Part shown: piece by piece, positions 1-8,655 of the stretch
Numbering within the stretch: position 1 is the first letter of the stretch
Layout of the letters: each line of letters starts with the position of its first letter
IMG/VR virus record: IMGVR_UViG_3300003322_000573
Coordinates: 1-41,333 of that record
Origin: a virus
Direction: 5' to 3' (one strand)
DNA length: 41,333 bases
Made by a program: the position numbers and the translations under genes
The notes under the pieces: generated by a model
Database searches by the model: none
What the model was told of the DNA's origin: nothing
Seen by the model: only the letters and a program-made list of their open reading frames with translations

Positions 1-23
1 CCAGGCCCAGGCTGCGCAGGCGC
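1..23. repeat. Terminal direct repeat identical to 41311-41333; the contig closes on itself
   Basis: ccaggcccaggctgcgcaggcgc occurs at both window ends. The portal ORF has no stop before nt 41333, and coding sequence continues from nt 1. Confidence 0.9.
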
Positions 24-148
24 AGTCCCAAGTATTAGCAAACGTAAACACGGCGGCACAGCCGTCGGCAGCCGTTACCCCTCCGCAAACGAGCGAAGAG
101 GTACAGGCGCAGCAGTTATTAGACGCGGCCGCAGCCGCAGGGAGGTAA
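1..148 (+). CDS. 3' end of the portal gene continued across the circular junction (Q/A-rich tail)
   Basis: The frame starting at nt 2 reads QAQAAQAQSQVLANVNTAAQPSAAVTPPQTSEEVQAQQLLDAAAAAGR, ending at TAA 146-148 inside the GGGAGG RBS of the next gene. This frame is +1 relative to the frame leaving nt 41333. The strict in-frame reading ends at TGA 163-165. Confidence 0.4.
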   Translation, partial: QAQAAQAQSQVLANVNTAAQPSAAVTPPQTSEEVQAQQLLDAAAAAGR

Positions 149-152
149 AAAT

Positions 153-368
153 ATGGAAAAACTGACGATTGACATACGCGACAAGCACGTTATGAACGAA
201 AAGGAGTTCGGTGAGCTCTTAAAAAGCCATGAAGAGAATGGATATGAGGTTACCCAAGTTTACTGTACTGATGAACAGCGCGAAAAGATTGAATCCTTTG
301 AAGAAACGGATAAAAAAACCAAAAAAGTGAGCAAAAAATACGGTAATTTAACGCTAACGGTTGAATAG
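153..368 (+). CDS. Hypothetical protein (71 aa)
   Basis: ORF track. GGGAGG lies 7 nt upstream of the ATG. Located in the head module. Confidence 0.7.
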   Translation: MEKLTIDIRDKHVMNEKEFGELLKSHEENGYEVTQVYCTDEQREKIESFEETDKKTKKVSKKYGNLTLTVE

Positions 369-376
369 GAGGGGAT

Positions 377-481
377 ATGAAGGCAGGAAAGAGTTGCATG
401 GGCGGAAAAGGTACGTCGGCTAAGATTATGGCGTCACACTACAAGAGCCGCAAGACCGGCAGTAAGAAGTTTATGGCCTAA
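377..481 (+). CDS. Small basic hypothetical protein (34 aa, MKAGKSCMGGKGTSAKIMASHYKSRKTGSKKFMA)
   Basis: Below the ORF-track size cut-off. AGGAGGGG (367-374) precedes the ATG. Its TAA abuts the next ATG (483), so it exactly fills the gap between neighbouring genes. Confidence 0.4.
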   Translation: MKAGKSCMGGKGTSAKIMASHYKSRKTGSKKFMA

Positions 482-482
482 T

Positions 483-788
483 ATGGACGACGCAGCACAG
501 GCAAAAGCACATAAAGAGGGTTTGGAAGAGGAAGTAAAGACCTACGCCAAGCTAAAACGGCTTAACCAGTCGCAGGAACTGAGCGATTTCCTTGATTTGC
601 TCGTAAAAACGTCTGCCCAAAAGATGATTTGGGCGTTTATTGGCGACAATGTGAAGACCTGGGACGACTTTTTGAAGGTACGGGGCGAAGTTGTTGCTTA
701 TATGTACCCGATACAGGAGATTCGTGGCGCGGATGCCATGGAAAAGCACCTAAAAGGGCAGCTTGATAGCTTTTATAAGCAAAGCTAA
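483..788 (+). CDS. Hypothetical head-module protein (101 aa)
   Basis: ORF track. Tightly packed between its neighbours. Confidence 0.7.
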   Translation: MDDAAQAKAHKEGLEEEVKTYAKLKRLNQSQELSDFLDLLVKTSAQKMIWAFIGDNVKTWDDFLKVRGEVVAYMYPIQEIRGADAMEKHLKGQLDSFYKQS

Positions 789-790
789 CG

Positions 791-824
791 CGCTTATTGA
801 AAACTGAAAACGCTGTGATTTACT
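791..824 (+). promoter_or_regulatory. Motif promoter P1: CGCTTATTGAAA-16 nt-TTTACT
   Basis: -35 at 797-802 and -10 at 819-824. The ATG at 831 lies 6 nt after the -10 with no SD, which predicts a leaderless scaffold mRNA. Confidence 0.55.
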
Positions 825-830
825 GACGGT

Positions 831-1598
831 ATGAGCGACACCGATACCCAAGCAACTGGTGTAGTCGCCCCCGAAGCGCAAGCAGAGGACACGGCAACGA
901 CCCAGACAGGCATGGCCGGCGAGCAATCAACGACTACCCCCGAAGGAACTCAGGGTACTGGCGAAGGAGAAGGAACTTCACAGGCTGAGGTAAATACTGA
1001 GGATACGGTACACGAGGATAAGCTTTTTGCTGGCAAATACAAATCCGTAGAGGATCTTGAGAAATCCTACAAGGAACTCGAATCGAAGTACGGGAAAGAA
1101 GCGAGCGAGCGAGCTGAACTCACTAAGATTCTTAACGAGGCATTCATGGCTCCCGACACCACTACGCAGGTAACGGACACGGCTTACGATGACGCGGAAG
1201 GATCTGCTGTTACTGCATCTGTATCTGACAAAAAAGTAGCGATCTTGGAATTCATTCTGACCCATGACGATGCGAATCCTCAGGAGATGAGTGAAATCCT
1301 AAAGAATGACCCGATGATCGGTAAGATTCAGGGGGAAGACGCGAAACTTGAATATGCCTACTTGCGGGCTCAGAGCATGGGGCGCACGAAAGCCCTTGCG
1401 GAAGCTCAGAAGAAAGGCCAGGAACAGGCTCAGGTAAAGGTAGCAGAAAAACAGACTGCACGGGTAGAATCTGTTCAGAGAACTGAACCTGAAGACAGCA
1501 AGAACGAACTGCTTGAAAAGGCGACGGGTAATTACACACGTGAAGAGCGTGACCGTGCCCGCCGTGAGCTGATTAAGCGGAATCTTGTGAACCTATAG
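831..1598 (+). CDS. Putative scaffolding protein (255 aa)
   Basis: Acidic and helical, with a T/E/G-rich low-complexity N-terminus. Lies directly upstream of the capsid gene, the position of T7 gp9. Confidence 0.55.
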   Translation: MSDTDTQATGVVAPEAQAEDTATTQTGMAGEQSTTTPEGTQGTGEGEGTSQAEVNTEDTVHEDKLFAGKYKSVEDLEKSYKELESKYGKEASERAELTKILNEAFMAPDTTTQVTDTAYDDAEGSAVTASVSDKKVAILEFILTHDDANPQEMSEILKNDPMIGKIQGEDAKLEYAYLRAQSMGRTKALAEAQKKGQEQAQVKVAEKQTARVESVQRTEPEDSKNELLEKATGNYTREERDRARRELIKRNLVNL

Positions 1599-1633
1599 TG
1601 CAGTCGTAAACCGACTAACCTTAGGAGACTAAA

Positions 1634-2524
1634 ATGGCACAACGATTTGTGCGTGACGATGCTTCGGTAAAAGAATCGGTCCTTGACCTTATTACCAACA
1701 TCTCACCAACTGAAAACTACTTCCTTTCGAACCTACAGCGTTCGACTGGTAACGACGAGTTCCACATCGTCCCACGTGACACCCTTCGTACCCCAAGCCT
1801 CGTAGCTTCGGTAGAAGGTGCCGACCCGACATACGACGGTAACGACCCAACGACCCTTCTGAATATGATGCATATCATTTCGGTAGGTTTTAACGTTACT
1901 GATTCGGAAGCTGCAGTAGCACGTTACGGCTCGCCTGAAGACCGTATCGCGTACGAGACCGACAAAGCCCTGAAAGACTGGGGCGACTTTGCGGAATACG
2001 CTTTGGTACGTTCGACGATCGTAACAGGCAACAACTCGACAGCTCGCCAGATGCGCGGCCTGAAATCGAGCCTTTCGCTTACGACTGCGCAATCCGGCGT
2101 ATCGTTCAGCGAGACGATTCTTAACAACTACCTGCAAAACGTATGGCTACAGGGCGCTAACGTCGACCTCGTGGCAGCGCCTATCCAGCTGAAGCGACGC
2201 ATCAGTGGCTTTACTGGCAATAACGGCACGAAGTTCTACAACCAGGATGACCGCCGTTTGGTAACGCCTATCGAAGTGTACGAATCTGACGCTTCTAACA
2301 AGCCTATTAAGCTTGTTGCGCACCGTTACGTTACTGTATCTGGCGATACGAACTACGACGTTATGGGCGTGGAGATGGATCACTTTGCGACCGCATGGCT
2401 CCGCGAAGCGAAAGTACGCCCGCTTGCCAAGACCGGTGACGCCGAGAACCGTCAGGTTATTGGTGAATTCACCCTTGAAGCACGGAACCAGTACGCTGGC
2501 TTCCTCGGCCAAGGCCACTTGTAG
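1634..2524 (+). CDS. Major capsid protein (296 aa)
   Basis: AGGAG RBS. The N-terminus ...SVLDLITNISPTENYFLSNL... resembles, from memory, the conserved N-terminal signature of an HK97-fold capsid family (SU10/DUF5309-like). Lies after the scaffold gene and is followed by a strong terminator. Confidence 0.75.
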   Translation: MAQRFVRDDASVKESVLDLITNISPTENYFLSNLQRSTGNDEFHIVPRDTLRTPSLVASVEGADPTYDGNDPTTLLNMMHIISVGFNVTDSEAAVARYGSPEDRIAYETDKALKDWGDFAEYALVRSTIVTGNNSTARQMRGLKSSLSLTTAQSGVSFSETILNNYLQNVWLQGANVDLVAAPIQLKRRISGFTGNNGTKFYNQDDRRLVTPIEVYESDASNKPIKLVAHRYVTVSGDTNYDVMGVEMDHFATAWLREAKVRPLAKTGDAENRQVIGEFTLEARNQYAGFLGQGHL

Positions 2525-2531
2525 GCCAAGA

Positions 2532-2565
2532 CGCTTATTGAGAACAAAAGGCGTGGTGCTATATT
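2532..2565 (+). promoter_or_regulatory. Motif promoter P2: CGCTTATTGAGA-16 nt-TATATT
   Basis: -35 at 2538-2543 and -10 at 2560-2565, with TGc just upstream (extended -10-like). An ATG lies 7 nt downstream at 2573. Confidence 0.5.
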
Positions 2566-2606
2566 CCTGAGTATGGTACAAATGCGTGGTAATCTCATAA
2601 GTGATA

Positions 2607-2640
2607 AGCAGTCCCTTTCACGCATTGGGGGCTGCTTTTT
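2607..2640 (+). terminator. Intrinsic terminator after the capsid gene
   Basis: AGCAGTCCC (2607-15) pairs with GGGGCTGCT (2628-36): 9 bp including one G-U, followed by TTTT. Confidence 0.7.
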
Positions 2641-2655
2641 GGTTAGGAGAGCAAA

Positions 2656-3009
2656 ATGGGAGGAATAATTACCTCTGATAGCGACGGTTTGAAAATGATA
2701 CGGCAGCCTCTGAAAGGAGAGGCTAAGTGGAAGGACATAGAAGACCTTATTAACCGCTGGGCGAAACGTAACAAAAGCGGTGCCTATGAACTTGAGCTAT
2801 GCGTTAGGTCTGCAAGAGACGAACTTGTCGACAAGAAGCACGGCCGCCTTGCTAACGAAGGTATGGCGAATGGCAGAATCGGCATTATGATTCACCCGGA
2901 ACTTGAGACGTACATAAAAGCTTTTTACCCGGATTTTCTGAGTACGAAAGATGATTTGCATGAATTCATGAAGCGCTTTCCTAAGTTTAAGGTACGGGAG
3001 GCAATCTAA
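2656..3009 (+). CDS. Hypothetical protein (117 aa)
   Basis: ORF track. AGGAGAG RBS. Its stop overlaps the next start. Confidence 0.7.
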   Translation: MGGIITSDSDGLKMIRQPLKGEAKWKDIEDLINRWAKRNKSGAYELELCVRSARDELVDKKHGRLANEGMANGRIGIMIHPELETYIKAFYPDFLSTKDDLHEFMKRFPKFKVREAI

Positions 3010-5360
3010 TGAAGCTGACGCTTACGCAGATATGCAAGGACGAGCTTAAAAACCTTGAGCGGCTTTACCCGCTCGTTAAAGATTATATTGACGAATGGAT
3101 TGTGGTGGTGCCGCCAAAAGACAAGGCAATTCCATTTTTAAAGGGCAAAGCGACCGTCATAGAGCAGGATTTTACGCAGCCAATTGAACCAGAAATACGG
3201 GACGAGATGAAGCTTTACGGCCTTGAAGTTGACAAAGACTACAGACTGTTTAACTTCGCCAGCGCACGTAACGCTGCCCTACAGGCTGCTACCGGTGACT
3301 ATGTGCTGTGGCTAGATGCTGACGACGAGCCGCTTGGCATGGAAAACCTGAAACTGTTCATACAAAAGAACCCACAGGCTGACGTATTCGATGCCGTATA
3401 TGACTATTTCAGGGATGAGGAAGGTAACCCGATTTCCGACCATGTGCGAGAAAGGATTATTGCTAACAATGGAAGATTTGAGTGGAAAGGCGGCGCCCTT
3501 GGCCTTATTCATGAGACGCTTTTGCCTAAATATGAGATTTATGAACCGCTACGGGTTGACATGCCGGACGTAATTTTCCGGGTAAGGCATCATACTGATC
3601 ATGTAAATGAATCTTCGCTTCGTAACCACGCGGCGCTTCTTTACGAGTACTTGAAAACCGATGGAGAAGACGCCCGCACGACATATTACCTAGGTATTGA
3701 GTACTTTAACCGCGGTATGTATGACTACTGCATTAAGGTACTGCAAGAGTACGTAAAAGTAAGCGGTTGGGACGAAGAGAAATACATGGCTTACGTGAAG
3801 ATGGGGGAAGCGTACCACATGTTAGGCGACTTTGAATCTGGACGTAATATGTACCTGACTGGCACGAAGGAAATGCCGCACTACCCGCATGCGTACCTTG
3901 GGATTGGCGAATCGTACTTTGAAGAGGAGAAATGGGCTAAGGCGATTGAATTTACTATGACTGGGTTACAGAAGAAGCTTCCCGCTACGAAGTATGTTGT
4001 TGATAAAACTCGTTTTACGTTCCGCCCTGCTGGATACATTGCGCTTTCGTACATGCAGCTTGGAAAACAAAACGAAGCATACGAATGGTTTATGCGTGCA
4101 GCTAAAATGAACCCGAAGCACCCGTGGATTAAACAGTACGCCCCAATTTTCCAGGAAGCGAAAGACCTTGACGACTATGTACGAAGCTTTGTAAAGCTGG
4201 GGCAACTGTCGCAGCGGCTTTACCCGAAGACGCTTTCCAAGTTAGCCGAAGCCGTGCCTGATGAGCTGATGGATCAGGAGCTGCTAATGGACTTTAAGTG
4301 GCGTTATTCTCGGCCTAAGGTATGGGAAGACAATTCGGTCGTGTTCTTTTGTTCGAGCGCGTTTGAGGACTGGGGGCCTGAATCATTGGAAAAAGGGTGC
4401 GGCGGGAGCGAAGAAGCGGTTATACAGCTTTCTAAGCGTCTTGTGGAGAGAGGATGGGACGTCACCGTATATAACAACTGCGTAAAAGAACGGACGGTAG
4501 ACGGCGTGAAGTGGATGCGTTTCGAACGGTTTAACCCGAGGGACGTATTTAATATTCTGATCGGCTGGAGAAACAACCCGTTTGTAGAGCCAAAGGTCGC
4601 TTCGAAAAAGTTCATTGATATGCACGATGTGCCGTCGATGCTTGCCTACTACCAGGAAGATACCCTGAAAGACGTAAAGCTTTTCGTAAAAAGCGAGTAC
4701 CACAAGAGCTTATTCCCAGGACTGGGAGAGGAAAAGTTCGCTATTATTCCAAACGGGATTGACCAGAACCAGTTTGAAAAAACAGACAAAGTGAAAAATA
4801 ACCTGGTATGGACAAGTAGTTATGACCGTGGGCTCGAGTACCTACTTGAGATGTGGCCGGATGTGAAAAAAGAAGTGCCAGATGCGACGTTAGATGTTTA
4901 CTACGGCTTTAACCTGTTTGATTCGACCCCTTGGGGCAAAAGACCAGAGGGACAGGCGTGGAAAGCGAAGATGGAACGCCTGCTTGGGCAGGGCGGCGTA
5001 ACTGACCATGGACGCGTAGGTACGGACGAAGTGGCAAAGGCATACTCGAGAGCTGACGTATGGGCATACCCTACTGATTTCCCAGAAATTGACTGTATTA
5101 CGGCTACTAAGGCCATGGCTGCGGGATGCGTACCGATTGCAACTGATTATGCGGTTATGAAAGAACGAAACCAGGGCGTAGTAGTAGCAGGAAGCGCATC
5201 TGACCCAGAGGTGAGAGAGGTGTTTAAGAAGGAGCTGATATCGCTTCTGCAAGACGATGAGCGAAAAGAAGAGATTAGAAAAAAACTAAATGTAAGCAAT
5301 TACTCTTGGGATAGCATTGCTGACCAATGGGATAAGGAGTTTCGATGGAATACGGACTGA
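3009..5360 (+). CDS. Three-domain glycosyltransferase: GT2-like N-terminus, TPR repeats, GT1/GT4-like C-terminus (783 aa)
   Basis: N-terminus: FASARNAALQAATGDYVLWLDADDEP (GT-A fold with DxD). Middle: TPR-like repeats (YYLGIEYFNRGMYDYCIKVLQEY, YVKMGEAYHMLGDFESGRNMY, AYLGIGESYFEEEKWAKAIEF). C-terminus: GGSEEAVIQLSKRLVERGWDVTVY and EIDCITATKAMAAGCVPIATDY (GT-B, group-1 type). Confidence 0.8.
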   Translation: MKLTLTQICKDELKNLERLYPLVKDYIDEWIVVVPPKDKAIPFLKGKATVIEQDFTQPIEPEIRDEMKLYGLEVDKDYRLFNFASARNAALQAATGDYVLWLDADDEPLGMENLKLFIQKNPQADVFDAVYDYFRDEEGNPISDHVRERIIANNGRFEWKGGALGLIHETLLPKYEIYEPLRVDMPDVIFRVRHHTDHVNESSLRNHAALLYEYLKTDGEDARTTYYLGIEYFNRGMYDYCIKVLQEYVKVSGWDEEKYMAYVKMGEAYHMLGDFESGRNMYLTGTKEMPHYPHAYLGIGESYFEEEKWAKAIEFTMTGLQKKLPATKYVVDKTRFTFRPAGYIALSYMQLGKQNEAYEWFMRAAKMNPKHPWIKQYAPIFQEAKDLDDYVRSFVKLGQLSQRLYPKTLSKLAEAVPDELMDQELLMDFKWRYSRPKVWEDNSVVFFCSSAFEDWGPESLEKGCGGSEEAVIQLSKRLVERGWDVTVYNNCVKERTVDGVKWMRFERFNPRDVFNILIGWRNNPFVEPKVASKKFIDMHDVPSMLAYYQEDTLKDVKLFVKSEYHKSLFPGLGEEKFAIIPNGIDQNQFEKTDKVKNNLVWTSSYDRGLEYLLEMWPDVKKEVPDATLDVYYGFNLFDSTPWGKRPEGQAWKAKMERLLGQGGVTDHGRVGTDEVAKAYSRADVWAYPTDFPEIDCITATKAMAAGCVPIATDYAVMKERNQGVVVAGSASDPEVREVFKKELISLLQDDERKEEIRKKLNVSNYSWDSIADQWDKEFRWNTD

Positions 5361-6049
5361 TTACGGTTGCCTACCGGGAAGAACGGTTTATAAAGAAATT
5401 TCTTAGACATGTTCCACGGTGGGTAGATAGAAAACTCGTTCTCATATCCGAGAAACCATGGCACGGAAAATCCGTACCGAATGATGGAACACAGGATCAA
5501 GCAAAAGGCGGCATACCCATTGTGAGTACCTGGAGTTCCGAGGAAGACCAGCGCAATACCGGCCTTTCTATGTTGGAAGACTGTGACTGGGTGATTGTGC
5601 TTGATCCAGATGAGTTTTTGAGTAGTGAGGACTGGAATAAACTAAAAGACTTCCTGGATGAGACGGATGCTGACGCCGTTGTGGCAGAAGGGCAGTATAC
5701 GTACTGGAAGGACGGCTGGGTGGCAGACCCGCCGAAAGATTACCAGATGCTTATTGCCGTACGCCCACATGTAAAGTTTGTGGATAAACGTGTCGTTAAC
5801 ACGGGCTATGTGGAGGCGCCAGTATGGGTACATCACTTTTCTTGGGCAAGAACTGACAAGGAAGTATGGAATAAAATCTCGCACTATGCGCATGCTGAAG
5901 ATTTTGATATTAAGAAATGGTACAAAGAGGTGTGGAAAAAGTGGAAGCCTGGCATGCAAGACGTACATCCTACTACGCCAGATACGCTACACGATTTTAA
6001 GAAGGCAAAGCTTCCGCCTGAGATTGAGAGGCTTAAGCTATGGCCATAG
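5345..6049 (+). CDS. GT2-like glycosyltransferase (234 aa)
   Basis: LITVAYREERFIKKFL... and DWVIVLDPDEFL (a DxD-type motif). Overlaps both neighbouring genes. Confidence 0.6.
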   Translation: MEYGLITVAYREERFIKKFLRHVPRWVDRKLVLISEKPWHGKSVPNDGTQDQAKGGIPIVSTWSSEEDQRNTGLSMLEDCDWVIVLDPDEFLSSEDWNKLKDFLDETDADAVVAEGQYTYWKDGWVADPPKDYQMLIAVRPHVKFVDKRVVNTGYVEAPVWVHHFSWARTDKEVWNKISHYAHAEDFDIKKWYKEVWKKWKPGMQDVHPTTPDTLHDFKKAKLPPEIERLKLWP

Positions 6050-6609
6050 TACACGATGACATTAGGGGCGAGCGTGTATACATGCCCACGACCGACCAAA
6101 AACCTAACCTTATACCACACGCTCTTTCCTACGCGTTAGCGCTCCCTTACGTTCAGGGTAAGAAGGTTCTTGAAATTGGCTGCGGAACGGGATATGGCAC
6201 GAAGCTGTTGGCTGAGGCAGCCGAGCACATTATTGGCCTGGATTATTCTCAGACAGCGATTGACCATGCTAGCAAGTGGAAGCCAGATAACTGTGAGATT
6301 TTGTGTAAAGATGCCGACCGCGACTTACCATTAAAAAGCTACGAGCCGGAAGTGATAGTCGCCATGCAAGCTTTGGAGCACCTTGACAACCCGAAAGACA
6401 TCATCGAGACGTACAACAGTTGTATATGGGTATTCGCGTTACCAAACGGTGGGGAACAGGTAGAACACCATCACTATTCGATTACGGAGCGGCTTATACA
6501 AGAATGGTTTGGCGAAAAAGCCACGCTACAATATTTTGACGACCAAGGCCACATATACGACAGTCCAAATACTGAGTTTACTAACTTTTTTGGGGTATAC
6601 CTACCATGA
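6040..6609 (+). CDS. Class I SAM-dependent methyltransferase (189 aa)
   Basis: Motif I, KKVLEIGCGTGYGTKLL, followed by IIGLDYS (motif II-like). Confidence 0.8.
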   Translation: MAIVHDDIRGERVYMPTTDQKPNLIPHALSYALALPYVQGKKVLEIGCGTGYGTKLLAEAAEHIIGLDYSQTAIDHASKWKPDNCEILCKDADRDLPLKSYEPEVIVAMQALEHLDNPKDIIETYNSCIWVFALPNGGEQVEHHHYSITERLIQEWFGEKATLQYFDDQGHIYDSPNTEFTNFFGVYLP

Positions 6610-7244
6610 AGACAAGTTTGATTATTCCCTGCTACTTTTTAAATAAAGACTTTGTGGATATGACGAACCGTTGCATTGAGAGCCTGGACGAAGACCGGCC
6701 TGATGAGGTGATTATTGTAGATGACGGATCGCCGTACCCGTACGTAAAACGTCTGCCTTATAAGGCAAAGTTTATTACTCGTAAAGAAAATGGCGGGTAC
6801 ATTGCCGCGATCAACGACGGATTAAAGGCCGCGACAGGCGACATTCTTATCCTTGGTAACAATGACCTTGTTTTCCCTAAAAACTGGTTACCAAAGCTAC
6901 TAAGCGTCTTGGACGAAGGTTTTGACATAGCAACGTGTTGGACAAGTGACCAAGATTACAAAGTGGAGAAAATCATTAAAGAGGGCGACAAGTTTGGCAG
7001 CCTTTTCGCGATGAAACGGGAGGTTTACGAAGTGCTTGGTGGGTTTGATGGGCAATTCAAAGGCTATTTTGGCGACCTCGACTACAGGAAGCGTGCGCTT
7101 GACGCTGGGTTTAAAATTGGCATGAATTACGGCCTTGTGGTAGAGCATGAAGCGAAGGCAACATACAAGCAAGCAGACCCAGACGATAGTGGCTACCTAC
7201 GCTCGATGAGACTATATGAGGCTAAGCATGGAGTGCTGGAGTGA
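6606..7244 (+). CDS. Family 2 glycosyltransferase (212 aa)
   Basis: SLIIPCYF..., EVIIVDDGSPYP and ENGGYIAAINDGLKAATGDILILGNNDLVF. ATGA overlap with the upstream gene. Confidence 0.85.
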   Translation: MKTSLIIPCYFLNKDFVDMTNRCIESLDEDRPDEVIIVDDGSPYPYVKRLPYKAKFITRKENGGYIAAINDGLKAATGDILILGNNDLVFPKNWLPKLLSVLDEGFDIATCWTSDQDYKVEKIIKEGDKFGSLFAMKREVYEVLGGFDGQFKGYFGDLDYRKRALDAGFKIGMNYGLVVEHEAKATYKQADPDDSGYLRSMRLYEAKHGVLE

Positions 7245-8173
7245 GAATCAGTTTCCTCGTAAACCACGTTCATAACGGCTGGGAACCAACCGACACAAGG
7301 CTTGGCGGTACGGAAGAGAGCGTCGTGCGCTGGGCGGAAGAACTGGTTACGCTTGGCCACGACGTTTTTGTATACCGTAACGAACGGCTCGACAAGGACG
7401 TGTATAAGCATAATGGTGTTTGGTATAAGCCACGAGAACTGTATGCCATTACGAAAAGTAGCGAGGCGAAAGGAGTGACGGTAAACGTTAAATCATTTGA
7501 GCAGCGGCCGCTAGAACCGACGGTATACGTTACTAACGAAACGGACGCCTCCGAGTTGGACTTGAGCGGGTACGACGCCGTAGTGTGGCCTTCCGAGTGG
7601 GCAAAGCGTAACATTCCCGTAAACAACGGTAACGTTCTGGTCGTTCCACACGGTTATGACCCTAGTGCAGTTTACCCGGGTAAAAAAGTAGCGAAGCAGT
7701 GCTTGTACGCTTCTTCGCCTGATAGAGGACTGGAAACGCTTGAACGAATATGGCCAAGCATCGTCGAGCAGCACCCAGATGCCCAGCTTGTCGTGACATA
7801 CGGGGGTAGGATAGATACTCCGAATACGACATGTGTGGGCGAGGTAAGCGAAGAGGAAATGAACGAGCTGTACCAGAGTTCGGACATATGGGTTCACCCT
7901 TGTAGCGGCGGCGAACTATTTGGCATTACAGCTATAAAGGCGCAGGCTTCTGGATGCGTACCAGTGTACTTCCCCACTATGGCACTAGCGGAGACAGTTA
8001 AGGTCGGAGTGAAGTGCAGTGATGCCAGAGACATGTACATAAAGCTTATTCAATTATTAGGCAATGATGACAAAAAGGAAGATTACCGTAAGCAGCTAAA
8101 AGAAGCCAGGTTCGTTGACTGGAAAGAAAGCACAAACCGCTTATTGAGTATCCTCGAGGCGGTTATACAGTAA
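7241..8173 (+). CDS. Group 1 (GT4-like) glycosyltransferase (310 aa)
   Basis: RLGGTEESVVRWAEELVTLGHDVFVY (N-terminal GT-B motif) and GGELFGITAIKAQASGCVPV (the E-x7-E region type). Confidence 0.75.
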   Translation: MRISFLVNHVHNGWEPTDTRLGGTEESVVRWAEELVTLGHDVFVYRNERLDKDVYKHNGVWYKPRELYAITKSSEAKGVTVNVKSFEQRPLEPTVYVTNETDASELDLSGYDAVVWPSEWAKRNIPVNNGNVLVVPHGYDPSAVYPGKKVAKQCLYASSPDRGLETLERIWPSIVEQHPDAQLVVTYGGRIDTPNTTCVGEVSEEEMNELYQSSDIWVHPCSGGELFGITAIKAQASGCVPVYFPTMALAETVKVGVKCSDARDMYIKLIQLLGNDDKKEDYRKQLKEARFVDWKESTNRLLSILEAVIQ

Positions 8174-8177
8174 CACT

Positions 8178-8546
8178 ATGGAAATAACCGTCGAAGACCT
8201 GCCAGAAGATTCGCTACAAACACAGTCCCCTCAGTCTGCCGCCAGGAGTGATTCGGTTGCGCATATGGCACTTGCCGACAGATTTAACGTAAGTAATCCT
8301 ACAAAGGAAGAAGAGGGAAAGCTTGCGGAAATATGGGCGCACGCACAAGGATTGGCAAAATCGGAGAACATCCAGGACGTTATATGGGAAGTCATTCATC
8401 TGGAGGGAATGCTTGGAGCGCCAAGGCTAGGAGAATCGAGGCTTGACCGTTTGTACCGCTATGCAAAGCTGAAACGGCAGGAATCGTACATACAGGAAGA
8501 ACTTAAGGGGGTCGCAGGTGTGGCGCTTAATGGTCGTGTACGATAG
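8178..8546 (+). CDS. Hypothetical protein (122 aa)
   Basis: ORF track. Follows the glycosyltransferase island. Confidence 0.65.
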   Translation: MEITVEDLPEDSLQTQSPQSAARSDSVAHMALADRFNVSNPTKEEEGKLAEIWAHAQGLAKSENIQDVIWEVIHLEGMLGAPRLGESRLDRLYRYAKLKRQESYIQEELKGVAGVALNGRVR

Positions 8547-8655
8547 CGGAAAACGGTACCTTATTCCGTTTGAAATAGTGGAAAAGCACGTCGACAAAGA
8601 TACCATTGAGAAGATAAAAAGCGACGCGTTGAAGGAAGTGCAGAAAACAGCATGA
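8530..8655 (+). CDS. Small ORF (41 aa), segment A of a possibly recoded or disrupted gene
   Basis: ATG at 8530 and TGA at 8653-55 (context UGA-C). The same frame stays open for 98 more codons downstream. Confidence 0.3.
   Translation: MVVYDSGKRYLIPFEIVEKHVDKDTIEKIKSDALKEVQKTA

Noticed and set aside
8653-8655. Genome-wide UGA reassignment (code 4 or 25) as the explanation for the in-frame TGA
   Set aside because: TGA clearly terminates many genes here, often in ATGA stop-start overlaps (e.g. 6609, 13155, 20238, 30364, 31043, 33839, 34132).
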